64,000 nt of DNA from Octopus vulgaris (Eukaryota). The stretch spans positions 92,132,001-92,196,000 of the forward strand of contig OX597814.1 in assembly GCA_951406725.2 (NCBI GenBank), read 5' to 3'. Below, in pieces: positions 24,998-35,509 of this stretch. The notes under the pieces were generated by a model that was not told the DNA's origin, made no database searches, and saw only the letters and a list, made by a program, of their open reading frames with translations. Position numbers and translations under genes: made by a program. Positions within the stretch are counted from its first letter, which is position 1. Every line of letters begins with the position of its first letter.

Positions 24998-25770
24998 GCA
25001 CATATATGTACATATGTGTGTGCATGTGTGTATATGTGTGTATAATCTTAAAGGCTTAATATTGATTTTTTATAAATGAACACATACACGGTTTTATCTC
25101 TCTCTGCGATATATATATATACTTATATATATATATATTTGCGCAATACAAAAGTAGATATGTGGGTGTGCGTGTGTAACAAAGGAAATGCATACAGCTG
25201 TAGAAATATGCCATCAACAACTTCATAAGTAAGGGATTGCCGATCACAAATGAAATGACAAAGTCTATACCAACTTTCTAATTCGCATCATTGCATTTAC
25301 CTAGTCAAGTTTATATATATATGAAAATATAAAAAGACAGACGTTATGCTATGTACATGATAAATATATATTAGAGTAAGATAAGCGGCTGAAATGCTGA
25401 ACTGACAGATTGTAGATAAGCATTCGATTCTTTGGCGTTTATAATTTCCATGTTCAGAAAACTAGCTAACAATGTAGTTTTATACTTACTGCTGTGTAAT
25501 GTGCATGTAGAAATGGGAAATAAAGTTAAATGAAGCGGATCGGCTCCGGCATAAGTACATTCCACGTCACGAAGGTAAAGCAGAGACTGAAGTAGGCGAA
25601 CAATTTATTTTAGATGAAATGTAGTGGAAGCCATATGTAGATTTTACTGCTTGAAACATAAAATTGGATTTACTGTCAAAATGAAGTAAACACTACATCC
25701 TAAATGTGAACTCGATTGTACGAAGTATGCTATTAGCATTACAAATCTTGGATATTATTATTATTATTAT

Positions 25771-25845
<75 letters not shown>

Positions 25846-25846
<1 letters not shown>

Positions 25847-26407
25847 CTATGTTTGACTTTTTGCTTTACATTTGCACAAGCTGGCTCCAAGTCTCACCCA
25901 GAGACCTCAAGAGACAAGAAGTTGGAATTTCATGTTGGTGTTATGCCCTGGGTGCCATATATTTGGTTTTGTATTTAGTGTTGTACTAGTGAATAACTAT
26001 GAAAACCATACGAAAATTATGTTTGTTTTAAAACTTGAGATTACATAGAAATTATTTTGCGTAGGATATGAGCAGTTCCCATGAGCACTATCTTTTGAAT
26101 TTCTGCCATTTTGGGGTTTCCTGGTATGTGAGTTAGGCAGCAATCAGCCCCTTTTGCTATCATTCCCAGCGCACCTATGACATCAGGTATTGTTTTAGTC
26201 TTCAGCTTCCACATTTTGCTGATTTCTATTTCTAGATCTTTATATTTGCTCAGTTTCTGCTAGGTCTTGACAGATACGTTTATATAGATTGGGACAGTCA
26301 TATCAATGAGGAGGCATGTATTTTATCTGAAGTCTTTTACTATGATGTCTGGCCTATTTGCATCTATCTTTCTGTCAGTTTGAATGGTGAAGTTTCAGAG
26401 GAGTGAG
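25846..26407 (-). mobile_element. R4/Dong family A 3' fragment (RLE domain and 3' UTR)
   Basis: TDRKIDANRPDIIVKD...LIDMTVP...KLSKYKDLEIEISKMW...HILRK; flanked by (TAG/TAA)n. Confidence 0.9.
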
Positions 26408-26441
<34 letters not shown>

Positions 26442-26444
<3 letters not shown>

Positions 26445-28344
26445 TATGTTTGACTTTTGCGTTATATTTGTACAAGTTAGCTCCAAGTCTCACCCAGAGA
26501 CCTCAAGAGACAACACGTTGGAAGTTCACGTTGTTGTTATGCCTAGTGTGCCATATATTTAGTTGTTTTTTTGGGTGTTGTACTAGTGAATGTCTAAAAA
26601 ATATCAATAAGAAAATTTTGTTTGTTTTAAACCTTGAGATTACATAGAAAGTATTTTGCGTAGTATATGAGCAGTTCCCATGAGCACTATCTTTTGAATT
26701 TCTGCTATTTTGGGGTTTCCTGGAATCTGAGTTAGGTAGCAATCAGCCCTTTTTGCTATCATTCCCAGGGCACCTATGACAACAGGTATTGTTTTAGTCT
26801 TCATATTTATATTTTTATCAAACATTTTATATCCGTACTGGCCTATTTGCATCTATCTTTCTGTCAGTTTGAATGGTGAAGTTCCAGAGGATTGAGATGT
26901 GGTCATTTTCAAGCACTGGAGGTGGTTTGTGTTCCCACCAGTTTTTTCATGGGGCAAATCTAGGTTTTTGCAAATTACCCAGTGAATATATTGTGCAGCT
27001 CTATCATGCCTGTTGAGATACTCTGTAGGCGTTAGAAGACTGCACTTGGAGGCAACATGATCAATGGTTTCACTTTGTTGTTGACATACACGACATGTTG
27101 GGCTACTGCCGTTCTTTAATATGTTGGCCTTGTAGTTTCTTGTTGGTAGGCATTGATCTTGAGCTGCTATGATAAACCTTTCTGTTTCAGATTTTAAGCC
27201 AGAGGCCATTAGCCTTTGATGAGTCAGGGCTTTGTCAACATCTGCATTATTCGCTTTCTTTGGGTATTTGCCATAGAGAGGTTTTTCTTGCCATTTATCA
27301 TTCAGAATATCTAAGGCCGCAGTTTTAGCACGGGTTTTCATGCGCTTAGCTTTTTCTTTACTTGTGTCTTGAATGACTATCTCTAATTCTGAAATTTGTT
27401 GTATTTGGAATTCACTTAGATATTCCTTTGCCTGTTTTGTTACTGAGTATGATGCTTTCTTGTTTTCGTGTTTTGAGACAAGTTTTAACATCCAGTCCCC
27501 AGAGTTTTTCAGGCAGGTGTCTAGGCCAATTGCAGCAATCTTCATTGTTATTGCCAGTTGTGAAAGTCCACGGCCTCCATCTTTTCTTTGCAGATAAAGT
27601 CGTTCTGTATCTGCCTTAGGGTGGTGCATTCTATGCATTGTCAACAGTTTTCGTATTTTTCTGTCACGATTACATATTTCAGTAATTGACCAGTTAACGA
27701 TATTGAAACTGTAAGTCACGACTGGTATAACTAATGCATTGATCGCTTCGATCCTGTTTCTCGCATTCAGCTCTGTCTTGAGTATTGCTCTTACTCTGCG
27801 ATAACATTCTCTCCTGATCCTTTCCTTCATCACTGAATGCCTTATTCCGTTCCCTTCAATTACCCCTAGGTACTTGTAGCTCTCCGTTGGGTCTAATTCT
27901 TTTATGACATTCTGCTGGTCAAGGTTAACGTTAGATGCTTCTGTCATTTTTCCTTTGATAAAGGTAGCTTTTGCACACTTATCGAGGCCAAATTGCATTC
28001 TGATGTCATCACTGAATTGTTTAACAATCGCTAGTAAGCCCTTGAGTTGTTCATTTTTTGCAAAGAGCTTTAGATCATCCATGTAAATGGGATGATTTAT
28101 ATTTTTATCAAATATTTCATATCCGTACTGCGCGTCATTGAGCAGTTTTGAGAGAGGTATCAAGGCTAAACAAAAGAGGAGTGGTGATAGTGAGTCACCC
28201 TGGAAAATGGCACATGAAATTTTTACATCACCAGCATTTAGAGATTCATTGTCACTGTTGAAAGTTAGTGTGGTTCTCCATAATCTCATAAGTTAGTGTG
28301 GTTCTCCATGATCTCATAAGTTAGTGTGGTTGTCCATGATCTCA

Positions 28345-28345
<1 letters not shown>
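26442..28345 (-). mobile_element. R4/Dong family A 5'-truncated copy (RT C-terminal half to 3' UTR; ORF remnant 26853-28289)
   Basis: IFQGDSLSPLLF, YMDDLKL, YKYLG, CRVC..ETIDH..C, RHD; frameshift near 26940; RLE core deleted. Confidence 0.92.
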
Positions 28346-28388
<43 letters not shown>

Positions 28389-28937
28389 GAGTGAGAGAGC
28401 AGTTCATGCCATCAAAGTGACACTGGGGTAAAATATACGAAGCCCAATATACCCATCATGACTACCCGTCTGATAAAGGTACACCAGGCACATGCATCAC
28501 AACCATATGTGCGCGACATGGTGATCTCATATCAAGATAAACAGCACATGACCTTGCAGGTGGGGCCCAGTTAGAATTTTCTTCAGGTTGAGTAGCCCAT
28601 CCCGCTCAAACGGTCCCTGAATAAGGGTTGCTTAAGGATGTTGAAAGAACCACCCATGTTTCCAGAGGTGAACTATTCAAACCCCAAAGAATCCCTCTCA
28701 ACACATGGCTATGATGCTCCCCCACTACTTCTGCTCGTGATCAGAGATGCACATATCGTCAGCCACTAAGGGATATGCTCAACTGGTTAAGGTCAAACAA
28801 CTGACAAGCAAATCTGTGGTATTGAGCAGAATATTTGCTGTAGCCCATCTTTTATACCAAGACAAAACAATGTACATGATAACACTTCCAATCAGTTAAG
28901 ATCAGAAGCCATGAGAGCCACTGCCTGGTACTGCATC
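28389..28937 (-). mobile_element. Unclassified ~550 bp non-coding interspersed element embedded in (TAA)n
   Basis: TAA tracts on both sides; partial second copy in the opposite orientation at 47353-47547, also starting directly after (TAA)n. Confidence 0.7.
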
Positions 28938-28938
28938 A

Positions 28939-29001
<63 letters not shown>

Positions 29002-29004
29002 TAC

Positions 29005-29061
<57 letters not shown>

Positions 29062-29064
29062 CAT

Positions 29065-29493
29065 TAAATGCCATTCAGTAATCATATTTATATTGAGTGC
29101 CTCCACTGCAGTCCCGTGAGCATCTTCGTGTCTTGAGCATGTACTGCGGTTTTCTTTAGTGTTTTTATTTTCACTGTATTGAAAGTGCTCTAAGATGTGT
29201 GGGGTGCCTTGCAATGCTATGTTCTGTCTCTTTTATATATATATATATGTTCAAACGATGTAAACCATGTTTCGTTTTGTTATCTTACTTTATTATCATC
29301 TTATAATCATCTCATAATAATGACTTTTATGACTCATATTACTACCTCAGTCAATCTAAATGTATATATTTGTCGTTATCTGTCATAAATAGCCTTTTTC
29401 TATTTGCAAGGTGCATTTCCGTTGATTTTTCATATTTTACCCTTACATTTGCACGTGTATTTTATATTTTCTTTTCGTAACATATTTCTACCA

Positions 29494-29548
<55 letters not shown>

Positions 29549-29599
29549 CTGTGTGAGTGTCCATGTGTGTGTGCATGTGTGTCTGTGTGTGTATGTGTT

Positions 29600-29637
<38 letters not shown>

Positions 29638-32450
29638 TGCGCGCGTGTGTGTGTGTGTGTGTGCATGTATATGTATATGTATATATACGAATGTCTTTGG
29701 GTTCTGGTTATGCCTTTGTTGACATATTTTTCATCATTCCTTAAACACTTATTATTATAGTTTATATTTACAAATTTATGTATTATGTCTTTTAGATATA
29801 CTTATCAAATGTTGGAAGTGAAATGTCAATTTGTTAGCATTTTTTCTTAGTGACTCTTGACAACAAAATATGGTTTATTAGACTCGATCTTCCTGTCATG
29901 TGATTCGCATATCCTAGGATATAGTTGCTTTGTCGTTCACTAAGACCTTTTTTCTGGTTTATAATTATATCATCTCTCTTCTGGCGTCCTTCCGTAGTAT
30001 TGGCACAACTTACAGTGTATGAAAAATCCAAACTGTCATGTCTGTAGATATTTTTTGGCCAAGATTGGACATCCAGAAACAAAAAAATTCATTATTTCTT
30101 CTTCATCATGACATTCTGCAGATATTTATTGTATCCTGCTTCACTATGTGTCTTGGCGGTAAGCTTTTGGGGTAAGCTTTGGGATTAACTTTGATTAACC
30201 GCAACTAAGAGCCCTTTAGTCTTTGTTCTGAATCGCGAATTTGTCAACCATGGTTTAACATTTTCTTTGTCTATTTCTGTTCTGTTAGGCATATTCTTGT
30301 ATTCATAATATTGGTATTTTCCTTGACATCGTTTTATCATGACATTCTTTAGTTCCAGTTTAAGCTTAGATTTTGGCTGCGTTACGGCCACTGCTTTATA
30401 TTTTCAGGCTCGTTTGAAGATAGAAAATTGTGCTTTTGCTTTGATCGTGTCATAAAAATTATTAAAGTTTTCAGAATTTTGAAGTGGATATTTTAATATA
30501 CCTAGTGAACGTTTGTGTTCGCCGTCTGAACATTATGGGAGTATGCTTGTGTTATGTCTAATTCGCATTTTGGGTTTTTTTGCCTTTACAAATTGTAATA
30601 TTTCTTATTACAAATATGGAATATATTTGCTTATAATATAAGTTAATACAGTTATACGGATATGTTGAAAATTCTTTGTCTAAAATGAATGCGGTAAGTA
30701 TCAGTGCTATTTTGGGGACCATTTATAAAGTATAGTATAACCATTGGTGTATTGTATTTTATCTATCTGTTAGGCACTTTCTCTCATACAATATGAAATT
30801 ATTGTTGGTGTTGTTTTCGTTGATGTAGACTAAATTTTCCTTGATCTAATATGAACGACATTCAAGCCATGAACTTCCAGTCTTTTCTTTCAGACTATAT
30901 CCCTGACTATATTATCTAATGCATCCTACCTTTTTCGGCGTAATATGATGTAACTGGACAACGATATAGTCGATATTTCTAGCAGGAAGAGAATCCAAAT
31001 GGATGCTCTTTGATACGCAATACAATATTTATTTGTGGTTGTTTTTATTTGCTTTAATTCTATTTTGATACCTTATATATTTATATAGTTTCCGCTTCTT
31101 TCAGCACTTTTCGTCAATACAATAGAGATGTCTATCAGAATATATATTTTAATTTCTGTTTCGTTTCCTTTATTATTATAGTTATATGATTATCATATAC
31201 TGAACTGTTATAATGAATATGGTCGATCTTTCCTTTGTCTCAAGTTTATAATATGTTGTTAACGATAACATCTTGTTTTATTGTATTTTACTATTTCTAT
31301 ATGACTACACATTGATATAATACAGCAAAAGTTTGTTCTTCTAGTTATTTCGGATTTTTATATTAACTGATTTCTTCTATGTCCAATTTTGAAGCACTAT
31401 GAACATATGTATATTTTTCTTTCGATTTTCTTTCTCTGGTATTTTTCTTTTACTTCTTTTTGCAAATATCTACTGCATTGTTCCACGCAGTAGACGTGGT
31501 TACTAACTTCTTATTCGAAAATATATTAATACGTTCAAGTACTTCCTTTATGTACATTTTGTCCAATATCATCATGACATGATTTGCTGTCAAAGGATGT
31601 TCTAATCAATCTATCAATATCCATACTATACGAAAGTGTTGCTTTCTCCATTTTTTTGTCCAGTAAGCGCTCAGTTGCTATTGCTGTTCTTTACATCTAT
31701 AAATCCTGCTTTATTGTATTTTTTCTTCTTAGAAGACATGTTAATCTTCCAAGAATTGCCAACATATAGCTACCAGCGTTTCGAATATAGCTGTTAAACA
31801 AGTTATCTGTTCGTATATCTGGAATGTTATGGGAATTTTTTATTTTTGCATTTTTATGTAGTTGTGTTTTCTACTCATCGTATCAGAATATTGTATTGTA
31901 ATTTTTCATTCTACATATTCTCTCAATATGACTATGGCGGTTTTTATTTCTGTTCTATCAGAAACTTTATGTATTTCAAATACACAATTCTGAAGCACTC
32001 ACATTTTTGAAAGTATATTATTCTTCATGCTTTGATCGACTCATTTCTCTCAGCTTTTTCATATGCAGGATCGCTTTTCTTAATATTTCGCTTTCTGTAA
32101 CCTTGACTCTCACTTTAATGCCCATCTTAACTTCTCCTTCGCCGTCTTCGGTACCAGCTTTTTCGGTACGAAACTTCAGCCCCGTTCTATATAAGCAATT
32201 AACCCCCATCCTCCTCAAACCGAACACGTTATTTTTTTAATCCCTTCTTTGGTGACATATGTAGATCTTCCATCTCGTTACAGATACAGATTCTTTAGTA
32301 TCACATCGCTTCTATTCTCTTGGCTTCCTTCCGGTATATGGCGTATCCTTTATTACTCCCTCTCCCGGTTAAGGGATCATAAAGAACTTTGAGTATTTAG
32401 TGACCCTCCTCGCCACATGATAGTTCTCAAGATCGCTAAACGTACGCCTT
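29065..32450 (-). pseudogene. Old, heavily decayed R4/Dong-like element
   Basis: ALQGTPHIL (C-terminus) next to a TAA tract; YRHDS...ILG; IDKENVKPWLTNSRFRTKTKGLLVAVNQ matches W-L...ETEG...AAQDQ. The 5' boundary is uncertain. Confidence 0.65.
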
Positions 32451-33277
32451 GTCCATATTATACAACAAAATAAAAACAATAATGCTATGACTAGCACAAT
32501 TACGTTGCAAATTTGATCTATTAGTACATAGATCTAACTATCAAATTTTAACTCTTTCGAGAAATATGTGTGCGGTATTGATATTGGCATTTGCGTATCT
32601 TAGTAAATGAAATTATAAAAATGCTATGACAATTACAGAGAAGCAACTATATAACATAACATTAGTTTTGAAATAGTTTATTATTGTTATAATAATAGGA
32701 ATTACCTTATCGTCCAAAAGCTATATGAAAACGTAGCGATTTACATATACCTGGTTGCATAATTAAAAGGGTGAAGGCAGTTGAGGAACGTACCTATAAT
32801 TTCATTTGTACACGATATACATTCACTCTTGTAAAAGTATTTATGAGGTATAGGATAGACACACGCACGCTTCGAAAGGATAAACAATAATAAGAGTTTT
32901 GACTATTGTTAAGGCTTTTATTAAAATTGAACATTTTTTACGGATCTATCTTTCATTTAAATAAATTATCTATTAAATAAATTTTTACTTCTTTCAGTCA
33001 TTGGTCTGCGGCCATGCAGGAGCACTGCCTTCTAGATTTTCTGATAACAGATCGATTCCACTTTGTATTTTTAAATCAGCTAGGTATTCCATTGACATCT
33101 TTTGCTGAAACGCTAATGTATGGGGACGTAAAGAAGAGAAAACTTGTGGCCAAGCATTGAGTGAAAGTTGGGAAACACAGACACACACATGCATACACGC
33201 ACACACGCACACACGCGCATGCACAGACACATGCATATATATATACATATATATATATATGTACATATATATATATA

Positions 33278-34170
33278 ACGGGAAGGTTTACGAAAATAAA
33301 CAAAAGACGAAGGCAGGTGGAGTACAAAGAAACAATTGTATTAGTATGGCGCTCAGGAATAGAAATAAAACAAGTCTTTTACGTTTCGAGCCTACTCTCT
33401 TCGACAGAAAGATACACAGAAAAGAAACAAGGAGAGAAAAAAATGCGTGTAGGGGCTAACGGTCCGTCATGGCGTTCTGATTTCAGGCAGAAGTCAGAGG
33501 TCAGAGGTCAGACGTTAGACGCTAGGGGAGATAACAGGGTCAAGTAACTTCGCCCCAACATGAAGGTGCGTGTGTGTATAAGAGAGTATGTATGTGCGTG
33601 TGAAAGAGGGCTGTTGGTCTGGACGTGTGTATGTATGTATGTGTGGGTGTGGAGAGATGGGGATGGGTGTGTGTGTGGTGTGTTGTGATATGATATGTGT
33701 ATGTATGTGTAGGTGTAAAGATGTGGGGATGGATGCGTGGGCGGTATGCTGTGGGTGGTGTGTTGTAATGTGATGTGTAATGTCGTATGGTGTAGTGTAG
33801 TGTGGCGTGATGTTGTGGGGAGGTGGGGGCGAGAGTGGGGAAAGCCCATGTGGGGTGTGGGTTTGGCTGGGGATTGGGGTAGAGGGGGTTTGTGGGGAGG
33901 GGGGAGAGGAGAAGGAAGGAAGGAGAGGAGGGGAGGGGAGGGGGAGAGAAGGGGAGTGAGGGAGCAGAGAGAAAGAAAGAAGGGGAAGAGGGAAGAAGAA
34001 AGAAGAAAGAAGAAGAGGGAAGAAGGGAAAGAAAGGAAGAGGGGGAAAAGAGTAGGGGTGAAAAGATGAAGGACTGAAGAGAGGTAGGAGTCGGGGAGGT
34101 TAGATGAAAAGTGGGGTAGAGTTGAGTCTAAATGGTGTAAAAGAGCGAAGTAAGATTAATCTCTGTTGTA
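33278..34170 (-). mobile_element. Penelope-like element 3' end (GIY-YIG C-terminus plus pLTR)
   Basis: QRLILLRSFTPFRLNSTPLFI* resembles the E..LI..L.T..P.GLN end of PLE GIY-YIG domains; low-complexity 3' UTR; hammerhead; ends in (TA)n. Possible decayed RT remnant at 34305-34545. Confidence 0.65.
33375..33412 (-). ncRNA. Minimal type-I hammerhead-like motif, variant core
   Basis: UCUUU-CUGUCGA-A-GAG-aguagg-CUC-GAAA-CG-UA-AAAGA. Confidence 0.65.
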
Positions 34171-34714
34171 CATCTATAAACGCGTATATTTGAGTGTGAG
34201 AGAGTGTGTGTGTGCGTGCGTATGTGTGTGTGTGCGTGCGTATGTGTATGTGTGTGTCAACGTCTGAGTGTGTGTGTGTGTGTGTGTGTGTGTTTGTGTG
34301 TAAGACCCAGGGATCGAGATTTAGGAAGAAAGTTAGCTTCGGGCAATCCGTAGCGAATATAAAAACAACTTTCAGAAACAATAACGGTTTATTACAACGA
34401 AGATTGCGGATATTTTTATTTTGTCGAAGGACGATGAACTGAAAAAAGTTCTTTTTATATTTCTCGTTAGGCAATCAGGGTTGCTGAGTGTGCGAAAAAA
34501 GTATATAAGAGTTACGGAATGGAGTATGGGAAATCCAGGCTATATATGTTTCATAACGAGTGGAAGCTCAGAAGTGGTATATATCGTCCAAAATCTATAT
34601 GAAAACGTAACGATTTACATATACTGGCGGCATAATTAAAAGGGGGAAGGTAGTTGAGGAATGTGTATATCATTTCAGTTGTACAATATATTAATTCCCT
34701 CTTATAAAAGCATT

Positions 34715-34773
<59 letters not shown>

Positions 34774-34948
34774 GTTTAAATATTTGTTGTGCAAGATTTT
34801 TTATGTGAAGTCGTGTGTTGAAACAGATATTGTTATATTTCGGAATGGTCATATTGCCAGTTTAGCCAATAAAAACACACGCACTATATATTTGGTGTTA
34901 TTTTGCTTCAGTGATATTTATTTTTTACATTAATCTTAATCTTATTTC

Positions 34949-34993
34949 GGCCAAAGTTCTTTCGTCACACTCCTGTGACCGCATCAGTGGTCC
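34949..34993 (-). ncRNA. Minimal type-I hammerhead-like motif in the pLTR of the intact PLE
   Basis: GGACCA-CUGAUGC-G-GUCAC-aggagu-GUGAC-GAAA-GAAC-UU-UGGCC; core has C in place of A9. Confidence 0.7.
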
Positions 34994-35326
34994 TTTGTTT
35001 TCTTCTCACTTACTTGTGTCTCTCCTTACTAACCGTCAGCCATTTTGTATTTCTATTGTATGTCTTCATTTGCGCATGCTTATATCTCTATGTGCGTCTA
35101 TGTTTATTTAGTGTGCGTGTGAGGGGGATGCCTGTAATATTTGTATCTTCTGGTTATATACATTCTTGTAATTTGTATTTTGTTTTTGTTGTTGTTGCTT
35201 TTGTTCTAATTTTGTTCATGTGTTTACATCCACCCATTATTATCATTACATATGCTTGTATGTATGTATAACAACAATATTAGTAATAATAATAATAAAT
35301 CTAATTGAAAAAAAAATAAAATAAAA

Positions 35327-35359
<33 letters not shown>

Positions 35360-35364
35360 TATAC

Positions 35365-35401
<37 letters not shown>

Positions 35402-35509
35402 CATATACACACACACACACACACACACATACATACACATATATATAGTTATTCATTTCTATTTCTTTAATTATCTGTGTATTTGTTATGTTTGCAGGAT
35501 CCACTATCG

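Noticed and set aside
28262-28345. CRISPR-like repeat array
   Set aside because: The 28-nt units are contiguous with no spacers, derive from the retrotransposon ORF, and the context is eukaryotic.
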